64,000 bases of DNA, taken from contig NC_086108.1 of assembly GCF_963921235.1 (NCBI RefSeq), positions 54,066,001 through 54,130,000 of the forward strand, given 5' to 3'. Both the position numbers and the translations under genes were made by a program. Below the pieces are notes generated by a model. It saw only the letters and a list, made by a program, of their open reading frames with translations, was not told the origin of the DNA and did not search any database. The DNA is from Mobula hypostoma. Its lineage: Eukaryota. Positions within the stretch are counted from its first letter, which is position 1. The number at the start of each line of letters is the position of its first letter. This document shows positions 27,573-41,056 of this stretch, piece after piece.

Positions 27573-29002
27573 GTTTTAAATATATGTAATACAGCATTTT
27601 ATACAGTATATATTACATATGCACTATTTATTTAACAAACTATATATCATGTTTAATTCACCTGTGTTTATTTTAACACTCTACCTACGCATTTATGGTT
27701 TGTGTATGTGTGTGTATTTAACACTTTATAATGCTCAGATGTCAGTCTTGGAATACTGTAGTTGTTCAAGTAGCTCAGTTAGGAAGTTCTGCAGGGAATA
27801 TTGGCCAAATATATTTTCAGAAGGTTGGGAAGGAGATGTTTATATGATCTTTAGCTAGTGGGGATGGACAGGAAGAAGATTGTGATTTTTGGGTTTTCAG
27901 TGAACACTAAAGGTGAAAAGTGATATGGGGCATAGAGACTGTTTGTGTGCTGGTTGACTGAGCTATGCTCATAGTTTCTACGCATGATGATGCTGGAGGT
28001 TGATTTGGGTGGTAATTTTGATTTCTCTGCAATATGAAGGTTGGATTTTAAAGGTTCATGAGAGTGAATTATTTTCAGTACTTAAGTCCAAAAATTCTTT
28101 TTGGGGACTTGGAGGAATCTGAGGTTAGTGTTAGGAGCATAAAAGTGAAGCTTCCCAAAGTGGGGCTCAGCAGAAGAAATTGGGAGTCTCTGGTCTAGTT
28201 AATCTAAATAAGTGGATATGTGCGTGGTCAAGTGTTTGCTGTCCTCTGGGGTTGCCTCAAGTTGTGCCCATTCCAGAAGATTAGCTTTTCCTTATGTCCT
28301 TAGCACATTGACTATGGACTTGCTGAGGGGCCTCCTGTATCGCAAGCCCTAAGGACCCTACTGCTGCCAGTTTATTTGTATCCTTTCAGTCACTGGTAGA
28401 AGGAGGAACAGCAAAGCTCAGAATGTTGGAAATAACCAGCTTATAAGGTCCTGAAGCACTGGATGCTGGAAACTGAGATAAGGTGGTATTAGAGATTGGG
28501 GCTATTTGGACAAGAGTGCCAGCCGAGGAAGTAGAAGATGCAAACCTTTGGGAGTTACAGTCCCTTTACTGCTAAGAAGCTGTGAACACAACAACATATT
28601 AAGTTTATGTTATAAGTGTGGGGATGGGAATTTATAATAAACATCTATTGAAACCGTTTTGTCACTAGGAAGTATGTTTTATTTATTTAAGGATATAGAA
28701 CAGCAGACATCCTGTGCTGAATTTGCAAACATCTATTTTGCTGTGAAGCATTTGGCCACAAAAGCAAGTGTTGTGTGTTTTAGTTTTTTTTTGAACTAAA
28801 GAAGTAATTTCATCAAAGCAAGCTGCAGCATTATTTGGTCAACAATCGGTTGTTACATCTGACGATACAACAATATCATGACCTTGAGAACTGTTTCCTT
28901 GATGAGGGATGGAGTTGGGGAAGGGCAGGGTGAAATCCTTGGTTCTTCATGTGATGATTATTTCAGCACATTTCCTGGAACCAATCTAAATTCTTAGGAA
29001 TA

Positions 29003-30022
29003 TAGTGTATTCTGGATAATTGGGACACATCAGGACCAATTTGCCCCAATTAAGTGGCTGGTCCAATGAGTTGAAATTTCATGGAAATAGTTAAAAAGTA
29101 TAAAAGTGTGTTTAAAAAAACTATTTAATAGAAATACAGAAAGAATGGAACACTGCCAATACTACTACAGTATAATAAAACTGTTAGTTCCTAATAGTGC
29201 AAACACGAGGAATTCTGCAGATGCTGGAAATTCAAGCAACACACATCAAAGTTGCTGGTGAATGCAGCAGGCCAGGCAGCATCTCTAGGAAGAGGTACAG
29301 TTGACGTTTTGGGCTGAGATCCTGACCAAAGGTCTGGGCCCGAAACATCGACTGTACCTCTTCCTAGAGATGCTGCCTGGCCTGCTGCGTTCACCAGTTC
29401 CTAATAGTTATTGAGGTAATAGTTCAGGCCTGCAATCTTTTGATTGTAAATGAACGAACTCAGTTCAGACAGCATCATGAGTGGACTGCCTCATTGCCTT
29501 CCTGCATAAAGTCAAACTTAAAAACCCAAAATAATCAAAAATCACTGCTTTTTGAATTGTCATCTGCCAGCCCAAATGGATAACAGAGCACAAACACATG
29601 CAACTGATGCTGTTTAAAAACTGTTCACTCCAAAATGTCAAAAAGCTGTTTCTGACATCTCCATGCCTGAATGCTTGAAACCACAATGAGCAAACCAGTT
29701 CTGAGTTGTCTTGCTGATTATTTCTTGCTAACTATCAGTGACAAAAATCACTGCTTTTTGAACATGAACACAATAATTTACTCTATTTTAAAAACAGTTC
29801 ACTCTAAGCACAGTGTATAGTCAAATGGCCACATAAGTGCCCATGACTGACATTAATTAGAAATTGTCTGGCAACAGAACTATGTCCCAATTAAGCGGCA
29901 TAGCATCCTAAACAATTGAAAGGAATCCCCAATATTTTCTCGATTAGTCTATTTCTTTAAGAGTTGTCCCAACTCAATGACTGTTCCATTTAATTGATAG
30001 CCCAATTAACCGGAATTGACTG
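29003..30022. mobile_element. Non-autonomous Tigger/pogo-like DNA transposon (TA TSD) containing a PLE insertion
   Basis: Imperfect TIRs 'tagtgtattctggataattggg' and 'cccaattaaccggaattgactg' flanked by TA. Confidence 0.7.
29199..29395. mobile_element. Short fold-back Penelope pLTR insertion with a 13-bp TSD; two partial, degenerate hammerhead motifs back to back
   Basis: agttcctaatagt at 29186-29198 and 29396-29408; inverted arms around ~29322. Confidence 0.88.
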
Positions 30023-30065
30023 TATTTGTAATACAACTATTTAGGTAATTGCCTTGTGGAATAAT

Positions 30066-31035
30066 TAATACACATAAAATGCTGGTGGAACGCAGCAGGC
30101 CAGACAACATCCATAGGAAGAAGCACAGTCAACGTTTTGGGCCGACACCCTTCGTCAGGACTAACTGAAAGAAAAGATAGTAAGAGATCTCCCTCCTGGC
30201 ACTTATCCTTGTAAGCGGAACAAGTGCTACACATGCCCTTACACTTCCTCCCTCACCACCATTCAGGGCCCCAGACAGTCCTTCCAGGTGAGGCGACACT
30301 TCACCTCTGAGTCGGCTGGGGTGATATACTGCGTCCGGTGCTCCCGATGTGGCCTTCTAATATTGGCGAGACCCGGCGCAGACTGGGAGATCGTTTCACT
30401 GAACACCTATGCTCTGTCTGCTAGAGAAAGCAGGATCTCCCAGTGGCCACACATTTTAATTCCACATCCCATTCCCATTCTGATAATGTCTATCCACAGC
30501 CTGCTCTACTGTCAAGATGAAGCCACACTCAGGTTGGAGGAACAACACCTTATATTCCGTCTGGGTAGCCTCCAACCCGATGGTATGAACATTAACTTCT
30601 CTAACTTCCGTTAATGCCCCTCCTCCCGTTCTTACCCCATCCCTTATTTATTTAGTTATCCTCTCTCTGTCCCTCTCACAATAACTCCTTGCCTGCTCTC
30701 CATCTTCCTCTGGAGCTCCCCTCCCCCTTTCTTTCTCCCTAGGTTTCCTGTCCCATGATCCTCTCCCTTCTCCAGCCTTGTATTCCTTTTGCCAATCAAC
30801 TTTCCCGCTCTTAGCGTCATCCCTCCCCCTCCTGTCTTCTCCTATCATTTCAGATCTCCCCCTCCCACTTTCAAATCTCTTACTATCTGTTCTTTCAGTG
30901 AGTCCTGACAAAGGGTCTCGGCCCAAAACGTTGACTGTGCTTCTTCTTATAGATGCTGTCTGGCCTGCTGTGTTCACCAGCATTTTGTGTGCGTTGCTTG
31001 AATTTCCAGCATCTGCAGATTTCCTCGTGTTTGCG
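30066..31035 (+). mobile_element. 5'-truncated Penelope-like element (linker + GIY-YIG + pLTR + tail) with an inverted 5' pLTR segment; hammerhead motifs at 30127-30162(-) and 30901-30936(+) are both degenerate
   Basis: 'RRHFTSESAGVIYCVRCSRCGLL', 'LEEQHLIFRLGSLQPDGMNINFSNFR*'; imperfect TSD gtggaataatta / gtggtataataatta. Confidence 0.92.
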
Positions 31036-31634
31036 TGGTATAATAATTATTTCACTTGACATCTGTGGCACTGTAGCTCCTTGGTTTAATGCCATCTCTC
31101 TACTCCCAGCTATTCTACAGAAAAACAACTATACCCAAACTATTTTTTTCATACCAACGTTGTTATGGTGTAGAACACTGGATATTGGAGCATCTTCTGG
31201 CTCTTTGAGCCTACCCTTTTCTGCCTCTGCTCCATCTTCTATCACTATCCCCATATTCCTGCTTTTCCGTAGTATCCAGAACCCTATTGGCCTATTTGCT
31301 GAATGAACACAGAGACTGAGCCTCCACAGCAGTGTCGGGGTAGACACTTCCAGAAGCTGATCACTTTCTGAGTTTAGAGACTTTTCTTAGTAACAGTCGT
31401 AAACAGCCCAGCCTTTATTCTGAGCATACAACCCGTGGTTTAGGAACACCTAGCCTGGGGATATATTCTCCTTGTGCCTAGCCTGCAAATGCCCTTTAAC
31501 AATTTTTAAAAGTTTTAATGTGGTTTTATATCATTTTTCTCAACTCTAAGTGTGTAGACATAATCTACTCATTCTCTCCTTGTATAGCATACTGACCATT
31601 CCTTCAACCAAGTCTAGTGAATAATTCTGCATTG

Positions 31635-32405
31635 TGAGGGCCTCCGTCGGTCAGAGTTAACCATGGATATTGTGTTCTAACTGTCTAGATACACGAGCCC
31701 GGGCAGTATGATATGGAGAGCAAGCTGTTGCCAATTTAGCAAGCTCCTCCTCTCCACGCATCTTATGATCCCCAAGGAACAGCAGAGACTGGTACAGTTT
31801 GGTACCAGCAACATCACAGGAGTTGCCAGTCAACATTGACCTCAGTGTAGGACTGCCTTAGCAACTTCAGCTCTGGATTTTTCCCTCAGGGTGTATTCCC
31901 GAGCCTTCCCCATGAGTGGGTGTAGCCGCAAGGCAGTGGATGTTTGAGATCAGAGCTTTGCTTCTCCGAGCTCCAGTTGTCATGGTTTCCATGCCATTGG
32001 AATCAGTTGGTTGATTTGTGAAGTATTGTGTGCTTCTTGTAGTGCGGCATCAAGTACACGTTAAACAAATACACGCACAGGCGTCTTCGCTGTGTGTCGG
32101 AACGAACACCATCATCCTCAACCTCAAGGGATAGCCACGACGACGACGACGGCTTCTCCTAGATGAGCTGTCAACCATGACTAATGAGCCACATCTGCCT
32201 GTAGTGACTGGCTTTAAGGCACCAGTAACCCACCTTTGCCCCTTCTCCTGTCAGTAGAAACAGTTCTGTCATGCTTAGTAGCTAAGCCACATATGAATTC
32301 CAGGAACTGGATTTGGTTGTCAGAGGCTATTTGAGGCACAGACCATTGGGAGCATTTAATAGGTAGTGAGAGTTTGTTCCCATTACCATCCCCAGCTATA
32401 ACAAT
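31635..32405 (-). mobile_element. Probable non-autonomous RTE-related element (terminal sequences only), interrupted at 31968-32151
   Basis: Left end 'ggcctccgtcggtcagagttaaccatggat' resembles the RTE 3' terminus at 23295-23330; no long ORF. Confidence 0.4.
31968..32151 (+). mobile_element. 184-bp retroposed insert with a (GAC)n tail and 8-bp TSD
   Basis: gcttctcc at 31960-31967 and 32152-32159; ends 'catcatcctcaacctcaagggatagccacgacgacgacgacg'. Confidence 0.7.
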
Positions 32406-32630
32406 CTTTGGTTAATATATCCTTTCTTGTGTGGAGACTAAAATTACAAATAGTAGTCAATGTTCCAGTACAATTGCAGGAAGACTTTCCTTCTCCTGCA
32501 TTCAAATATCCTCATAATAAAGGATAACATTGTATTTGCTCTCAATCACATACTGTATCTACAGTGTGTGTTTGTCTTCAGGGGCTTGTATGCAAGCACT
32601 CACAATTTTCTATACTCGTAGTTACACCTA

Positions 32631-33187
32631 TACTCAGTGGCCGTTTTATTAAGTACACCTGTACGTCTGTTTGTAAATGCAAATATCTGTTCAGCCAATC
32701 CTGTGGTGGCAACTCAATGCATAAAAGTGTGCAGATATGTTCAAGAGGTTCAGGTCTTCGGACTAAACATCAGAATGGGGAAGAAATATGATATAAGCGA
32801 CTTTGACCATGGAATGATTGTTGGTGCCAGACAGGGTGGTTTGAGTAGCTCAGAAACTGCTGATCTCCTGAGATTTTCACGCACAACAGTCTCTAGAGTT
32901 TACAGAGAATGGTGCAAAAAAACAATAAAACACCCAGTGACCAACAGTACTGTTGGGGAAAAAACACCTTGTTAACAAGAGAGGTCAGAGGAGAATGGTC
33001 AGACTAGTTCAAGCTGACGGGAAGGTGACAGTACATCAGATAACCATGTATTAGAAACAGTGGTGTGCAGAAAAGCATCTCTGACTGCACAAGACATCAA
33101 ACCTTGAAGTGGACGGGCTACAGCAGCAGGAGACCATGATCATACACTCATTGGCTACTTTATTAGTCACAGAAGTGGCCACAGACG
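32631..33187 (+). mobile_element. Internally deleted Tc1-like transposon (N-terminal HTH remnant)
   Basis: 'MGKKYDISDFDHGMIVGARQGGLSSSETADLLRFSRTTVSRVYREW'; TIR-like 'actcagtggccgttttattaagtacacc' after TA. Confidence 0.85.
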
Positions 33188-34006
33188 TAGTTTAGTGTCG
33201 TTAGAAAACTTGGAAATGCGATATGTGGCTCTCTTGGCCATATTGTTCATCTAGATGGTGAAAAATCTGGGGCTGAGGCACAGGAATATGTAAATTCGGG
33301 AATAAGTAAATCATTCTCAAGTCAGTTGAGATTTATCAACTTTCATGATCGCCAACTATATACATACTGTATTTATACTGTTATCTGGCCAGTGCTCTCT
33401 TTGCTCAGCTCCTCATGCTCAGGAGATCCCTGTTCACTATTTAGTGAAAGTTCATCTCAGTGAGTTCATGCCAGTTTTGTGTAGAGAAAGATGTTCATTT
33501 CCATGCTTTTGCCCTTTTCCCACAGTCCCTTAACTCCGCCCCCCCCCACCAAGTGCCTGTGTGGTTGCCTTTTGAAAGCCATAATTTTTTTAAAAATGTT
33601 TCTCTTGCTTTTGCAAGCATTGAAACCCAGATCATCACCACTCTCTGGTTTATATATTTAAAAAAATCCTTTTTCTCATATCCTGTGGATTTTTTACCCT
33701 TCGATTTAGATTTCTGTCACCTGGTCTTTAAACGATCTGCTCCTGGATGAAGATTCTTTACTCTATCTAAACCTTTAATGATCTTGCAAAGTACCTTGTA
33801 GCTAAAATCCTTCATCCTAGAGACAGTTCTGGTAAATCTCTCCAGGACTATTCTCAAGATGCAATGAATAAATTTGTTGCAATATATCAGTTGCATGCAA
33901 AAAAACTGTGACAATCTTGTGTGTGCAGCTTTGCTTAATTATCCACAAGCCTCTAACTGAATTCACCTGAAGGCTACGCTTGATGGTTTCTTGAGGTAGC
34001 CGAGTA

Positions 34007-34914
34007 CAGGTCGAGTTCCCCATATCCAAAATACTTGGGGCCAGAAGTGTTGGATTTTGGATTTTTTTTTCCTGATATTGGAATACATAATGATCAGTAT
34101 AATTTCCAACTCTGAGTTTATGTGCTGCTGGTGTTCTACACTTGTTCATCACACAAATGTACTTAACAGTAAAAATTATTACACCTCATAACAAAAGCAA
34201 CACAGCAGCATTGGGAGAATACCTGAATCAGCTGTTGAGCAACAACAAACAACGGCAGGCTTTCAGTCTCCACCTACGATGCCGTGTTTTCATTTAAAGT
34301 TTACAGTGCACTGTATTTGTATTTTATCTTTTGTTTTAGGTTTTGTGTTAGATTTTCATCAGCAACTCTATTGGCAAACTCACCAATGGATTTCTCTGCT
34401 GCTTCACGATCAGCAGATACTTAAATTTAATGACATGCCTTTTCTTAAATTCCTGCAACTAGCCTCCTGAGTATTCACAATTACCTTGGCTGCCTGTGAG
34501 CAAACAAGTCTGAAGGTTGGACGATTTATACATTCTTTGACGATAAATGTACTTTAAAATCTTTAAAATTTTTAGTTTATTGTAATTGGCCTTTGCTTGT
34601 TTCATGATCAGCATATCGCTAAGTGACAAATGTTCACTCTGCTGACGAATCCACTCTTTCAATACACAATCAGGATCTTCTGTTTTTGCTTTATGCAGTG
34701 TTTTTTCTACTTTTCATTAACTTCTGTTCATTGCATATGTGAGGGCACTTTTCAGAACTGCCTGTGGTGGGCAGAGACCTTGCACACATCACCTGGGAAC
34801 CTTCCCAGCACCTTGTGAAATTTTCCATTTGTGACACCATGTCAGTGCTCAAAAAAATTTCAGATAATGGAGTTTTTCAGATTTTGGATCTCCGGATAAG
34901 GGGTACTCAACCTA
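34007..34914. mobile_element. Tigger-like non-autonomous DNA transposon
   Basis: TIRs 'caggtcgagttccccatatcc' and 'ggataaggggtactcaaccta', flanked by TA. Confidence 0.78.
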
Positions 34915-35709
34915 TAATATATTAATCTTAAAATGTGGCATTTGCATCTCAGAGAAGCGAGAAGTAGTTATTCGTATGCAGATTCTATGGAAAAGGCCCG
35001 CAGGGTAGTCCCTCATTACCTATAATGTTTCTCTTTACTTGGATTTCTGAGTGTTAGGATGTTACCTTTCAGGCACAAACTCTAATACTAATGGCTACTT
35101 TGCACTCTTTTCTTGATCCATGTTAAGCCCACCGTGTCATTTGCCTCCCTTGTTGCTCCAGTTACTACTGCAGTTTTTCTCGTTTATGTCCCATCATGTG
35201 ATTAGCTGCTCCTCTACTCACCTGTTGGGTGCAGCAGATGAAGCTGCATCTGAGGGAAGAGAGGGAAGAGAAACAAAAGTCTAGGATTCAGGTTGAAGGC
35301 TCTTTGTCCAGATGCTGCAAATTGGAATGAAAGCAGTTTAGACTTCCAGGTGGTATGGGTAGTGTGGGGGGGGGGGTGATGATGCTGGAAGTTATTCTTG
35401 GACAAATGCTTAAAACAGCAAGTTTCAAGCTTGTCAGTGAAGAGTTGTCACATTGTGTCTCTTGCAACCTTAGGCAAGTTCTTTTCGCCTCTGGAAACAT
35501 GTTTTGTGATCAGGGTCCCAGTTCATTGTAGTTTATTGCATCTCTACCACTGACAGCAGTGAATTATAAATGGGACACTGGGACATGAAAGAATATGAGC
35601 CTATCCAAAACTATATGTAGAAAACATTTCTCAGTATTTCATTCTTCAACATCTAATATTTCTATATGTATGGTGAGACCAAGCTTCTGGGAGAAACTCC
35701 TGTAAAAAT

Positions 35710-36876
35710 GGTATTTCCTGTTTTCAGTTCCTTCATCTCTGCCACATCTGTTCTCAGGATGTGTCCTTCCTTTCCAGGACATCAGAACTGTCTTCCTTCT
35801 TCAAAGAATGGGATTTTCTATTCCACTATTGATGCTGTCCTCACCCGCATCTACTCCATTTCCCGAACATCTGCACTCACCCCATCTTCCTGCCACTTTA
35901 TCAGTGATAGAGTTCCTCTTCTCCTTACCTACTGCCCCTTGAGCTTCTGCATTAAACACATCATCCTCCGCAACTTCCGCCATCTCCAAAGGGATCTGAC
36001 AACAAACATATCTTTACCTCCCCCTCTCCCTCCACTTTCCACAGGAATCACTCTTTCCATGATTCCCTTGTCCATTTCTTCCTCTCCACTAATCTCCCTC
36101 CTGGCACGTATCCTGGAAGCAGTCTTAAGTGTTACACCTGCCCACTTACATCCTCCCTCGCCTCCATTCAGGGCCCCAAACAATTCCTCCAGATGAGGCA
36201 ACAATTCACATGCAAGTCTGCTGGGGTCGCCTGTTGCGTATGCTGCTCCTGATGCGACCTGCTGTACATTAGTGAGACCTGTCGTAAATTGGGGGAGCAC
36301 CTTGTCAAGCACCTCCGCTCCATCAGCCAAAAACAGAACTTCCTGGTGGTCATTTTAATTCCCAAACCTGCTCCAACAAGTTGGTCCGTGGCCTCCTCGT
36401 GTGCCAAGATGAGGCCACCTTCACAGGTGGGGAAGTAATACCTTGTATTCTGTCTGGGTAGCTTCCAACCTGGTGGCATGAATATTGATTTCTTCTTACA
36501 GTTAACAAAATACCCTCCAACTCCTCCTCCCCCTCCCCTCTTCTTCCATTCCCCACTCTGGCCTTTTACCTCTTGTCACCTGCTTATCATTTCCCACTGT
36601 GTCCCCTCCTTCTTCCCTTTATCTTATGGTCTGCTCTCCCTTCCTATCGGATTCCTTTCTTTCCTTTACCTTTCAACCCTTGACCTTTTGCACCCACTTG
36701 GCTTCACCTATCACCTTCCAGCTATCCTCTATGCCCTCCCCCCACCTTTTTATTCTGGTGTTTTCCCCCTTCCTTTTCAGTCCTGAAGAAGGGTCCAGCC
36801 TGAAGTATCTGCTTATTCATTTCCATGGATGCTGCCTGACTTGCTGAGTTCCTCCTGCATTTTGTGTGTGTGTTGT
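35710..36876 (+). mobile_element. Older, diverged Penelope-like element (thumb, GIY-YIG and pLTR); vestigial hammerhead motif at ~36779-36810
   Basis: 'STIDAVLTRIYSISRTSALTPSS...RVPLLLTY.PLS..IKHIILRNFRHLQRD'; 'agtcctgaagaagggtccagcctgaag'. Confidence 0.85.
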
Positions 36877-37499
36877 TTCATGTTCCTGGATGATTTTGCT
36901 TGCTTTGAAGACGATGCCAAATTTCTTATCAAGTGCCTCCAGGTGGTTCAGTGATTCTTGGAAGCTGAAATTAACAATTGATCATAGGGCTTGTTACAAA
37001 TATGAGAAAAAAAATGGAACTGTTGATTTTTAAATTCCTAAAAAAATTGGTGAGATGCCTTTGTGTAGTTTTAAACAGTTATTAGTCACTAGCACTCTAT
37101 TCATATCCATTCCCTTCACCAGCTCTCCCCTTCCAGAACAGCAACTCCGCAAGTGCATTGTCAGTCATTTTTAACAACCGTTTCATTTATTTTGCACCTT
37201 AACTATATTATGGACCGTTGCCTCTTGCTGTCTCAGCTGCAGGATTCTCCCCATATTAATTTCCATTTTCTTGATCATTTTTTCCACTTAAGGTTACTCT
37301 ATCCTCGCATTCGCTAAGTGAAATTGTAGCTATTCTAATTCTGGAGCCCTATTTACTGATCTCCGCATCCATCCCTTGGCCGTATGATTAGTTTAAAATT
37401 ACTGTTTACTCCTTTGAGGGCAGCTAATGTCTATTTGCTGATGTTTTTACCCTTCTCTGTCCAATGGATGAAATGGGCTGGCATTTGGATAAGTCCAGT

Positions 37500-37939
37500 T
37501 ACAAACAAGAGAAAATCTGCAGATGCTGGAAATCCAAACAACACTCACAAAATGCTGAAGGAACTCAGCAGGCCAGGCAGCATCTCCGGAAAAGAGTACA
37601 GTCGACGTTTCGGGCCAAGACCTTTCATCAGGTTTGGAAAAAAAAGATGAGTCAGAGTATGAAAGTGGGGAAGGGGAGGAAGAACCACAAGGTGAAAGGT
37701 GAAACTGAGAGTGGGGAAGGGGTGAAGTAAAGTGCTGGAAGTTGATTGGTGAGAGAGATACCAGGTTAGAGTAGGGGTTTCACCCGTCACCTTGTGGCTC
37801 TTCCTCTACCCCCCCCCCACCTGTCTTACTCTGACTCCTCATTCATCCAGTCCTGATGAACGCCCGAAACGTCACCTGTACTCTTTTCCATAGATGCTTC
37901 CTGGCCTGCTGAGTTCCTGCAGCATTTTGTGTATGTTGC
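37500..37939. mobile_element. Inverted-pair Penelope pLTR insertion (older subfamily) with a probable 11-bp TSD; hammerhead motifs at 37600-37635(-, core intact, helix I broken) and 37849-37877(+, helix II deleted)
   Basis: tttggataagt at 37484-37494 and 37940-37950; tail on the left. Confidence 0.82.
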
Positions 37940-38982
37940 TTTGGATAAGTGCTTGGAAACTAACCACTTGAGCTTCCCCTCGTTCTGACTTCCTATTCAT
38001 TCATTGTGGCACTCGCTCCAGCTTTTCTTTTGCTATTATGGTTTCTTTCAAAGCATACACCGTCTCCCATGAGTGCTGTAATGCAACTAAAAATCGTCCA
38101 TTAAGGAGAACTTGTACCTTTGTGCAGGGGAACTTTAAAGAACTAGAGGTGAGAATTCGGGCCTCTACTGTTCCTGTTTTCCCAGGCCTCTGTCCTTCCT
38201 CACAACACTGTAGCAGTGTCCAATCCTGCCATAGTGGAGCAGTGAATTTCTATAATCACAGCATCTTCAGAGGGTCACATGTAGCTTCATCCATGAAGTA
38301 AATTTCTTTATTGTTGCTACGCAGTTGTATTAAAGGCACAGTAGTTCCATAGTACTTCTGACGGGGCTTTCAGTATCCCATGATTTGGAGCACCTCTTAG
38401 ATTTGCTTCTAGGTTTTCCTACTGTATAGTCAGGAGCTCGAGGAATTCTAGTCTCCTCATGATATGTCTCAACCTGATAATAAAACTGGACACAACATTT
38501 TGACTGCAGCTCATTAATTTTTTACGAATTTGGAAAACTAATTGGAAGAAACAGCAACATTTGGCTAGGTTTATTTAAAACTATGTGAAAAGCTGAATTG
38601 AATTGCGGAACACTTTATCAGCATTTATCCAATTGGAAGGTGATTTTGGAGCTAAATGTACGTTGAAAACAGAGCAAGGATTGTGATATGGTGGTCCACA
38701 TTTTGCTAGCAACAGGGAACAGTTCACCTAACTTTCTAAGTCCACGTTTACACGAGGCACAGCTCCAGACAGTGGCATTATTCGAGAAGCTGTACTGAAT
38801 CCTTCATGTTGGATGCTGTTTTGGGGCTAAATGTGATCCCATTGTGGAGCCAGAACAAACTTTGCCCATGATTGCTGGAGTGTGAGGGAACGGAGAGAAG
38901 AAACTGACATCATGCTATTAAATAACTCTGTTCAGAAATATTCACTCATCAAACATTAATAAAAATTGGACTTTTACATAAT

Positions 38983-39592
38983 AAGAACATAAGAAATAGG
39001 AGCAGGAATTGGCCATCCGGCCCATTGAGCCTGCCCCGCCATTCAATAAGATTATGGCTGATCTGTCTGTAAACTCAGCTCCATCTACCTGCCTTTTCCC
39101 CATAACCCTTCATTCCCTTGCTATGTAAAAATCTATCTAACTGTATCTTAAATATGTTTAGTGAGGAAGCCGCAACTGTTTCCCTGGGCAGAGAATTCCA
39201 CAGATTCACCACTCTCTGGGGAAAAACAGTTTCTCCTCATCTCCGTCCTAAATCTTCTCCCCTGAATCTTGAGGCAATGTCCCCTAGTTCTAGTCTCACC
39301 TACCAATGGAAACAACTTTCCTACTTCTATCTTATCTACCCCTTTCAAAATGTTGTATATTTCTATAAGATCCCCTCTCATTCTTCTGAATTCCAGAGAG
39401 TATAGTCCCAGGCAACTCAATCTCTCCTCATAGGTTAACCCCTTCATCCCTGAAATCAACCTGGTGAACCTCCTCTGCACTGCCTCCAAAGCCAGTATAT
39501 CCTTCCTCAAGTATGGAAACCAGAACTGCACACAGTATTCCAGGTGCAGCCTCACCAGTACCCTGTATAGTTGCAGCATGACCTCCCTGCTC
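38983..39592 (-). mobile_element. CR1 3' fragment
   Basis: ORF 39148..39594 'LYRVLVRLHLEYCVQFW...LEAVQRRFTRLI...RRMRGDLIE...TRGH'; (TTCTTA)-type tail. Confidence 0.92.
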
Positions 39593-39599
39593 AATTTTT

Positions 39600-40235
39600 A
39601 AATTTAAAAAAATACTTAACACATTCACAATAACTAGAATTATAAGTTTGCGAAGATTTGGCATGACATCAAATACTTTGACAAACTTCTAATGATGTGT
39701 GGTGAAGAATATATTGACTGGTTGTATTACAGCCTGGTACGGAAACACTAATGCCGTTGAATGGAAAATCCAACAAAAAGTATCAGATATAGCCCAGTCC
39801 ATTATGGGTAGATCTCTTTCCACTATTGAGAACATCTACATGGAGTGGTGTCGTAGGAAAGCAGCATGCATCATCGGGGACCCCCGTCACCCAGGTCATG
39901 CTCTGTTCTCACTGCTACCATCAGGAAGAAGGTACAGGAACCCTAGGACTCTCATTCAGGCTCTTGAACGAGTGGGGATAACTTCACACACCTTCACTTG
40001 CTCCATCACTGAACTGTTCCCATAATCTCTGGACTCGCTTTCAAGGACTCTTCTAATTTTCTCGATATTTATTGCTTTTTTTTTTCTCTCTTTTGTATTT
40101 GAACAGTTTGTTGTATTTCGCACTTTGGTTGTTTGTCTGCCCTGTTGGGTATGGTCTTTCAATTGTGGTTCTTGAATTTAGAGAGAAAAAAATTCTCAGG
40201 GTTGTATATGGTGACATATGTACTTTACTTTGAAC
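39600..40235 (+). mobile_element. Rex1/Babar 3' fragment
   Basis: ORF 39699..40025 'ILTGCITAWYG...DPRHPGHALFSLLPSGRRYR'. Confidence 0.85.
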
Positions 40236-40993
40236 TTCATGAGCTACCTATTAGTTACCAAGGCCCCTTGCCGCCATTCTCAATTACACACAATCCTGTT
40301 GATGTGGTTCAGAATGTAGCTTCCCTAACATAGATGCTAGGGAAATGCATGGCATGTGTGCTGTGCTTCCAGGCTCCATAAGGAGTCCAGTGGCAAGCTT
40401 TGATTGGTTAAAGCACCATTTGAGCACCTTTCAGGAAATCTGGGCGCTCCATATGGTTGCAGAATATGGGAGTCTCAAATGTAAGGCTTGAGGTGGGTGG
40501 GGATTTTGGGATTTGGGATGTGGTGACAAGTAAATGTGGTATCTTGAGCTTGCTTGAGGTAAAGGTGCATCATTTACAAGCCACAGCTTAAATATTTTGT
40601 CTTAATTTAAAAAAAACCTGTGACAAAGCTGGGGAGAGCTTGGGTCAATGTTTTGAAAAATAAATCTGCCAAGAGTTTTAAATATACTTTACTTACATTA
40701 CCAAGTGTAAATAGAAAAGTGTGGAGAGTTTGTACTATGGAGTCTGTGGTGACTAAATTCAGATCATTGTGATCTACAGAGACCTGACATTTTAGCTATA
40801 ATGCTACTCCCTTGAACATCAGCTAGGCTGTGATTCTTGTAAAATTTCAGCCCACAGAATTTGGAAAGGATTGCAATTACCTGAGCTTCCAGGGCTGTAG
40901 TTTAGAGAATGTGGTTGTAAAAGTAATAGAACTCGCCATTTTCTTTTTTGCGTAACCATATGTTTTATCTCACCTCTTCTTTTTAATTTTCAG

Positions 40994-41056
40994 GCGATCT
41001 ATAATTCATTTGTTTACGTAGAGAAAATCTCCAATGGGGAAACAGAAGTGCAGCAG
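40994..41056 (+). CDS. Internal coding exon of an unidentified host gene (63 nt, phase 0-0: AIYNSFVYVEKISNGETEVQQ)
   Basis: Strong acceptor (ctcac branch-like site, tcttctttttaattttcag|) and donor CAG|gtaggt; only one frame open; non-repetitive sequence. Confidence 0.75.
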
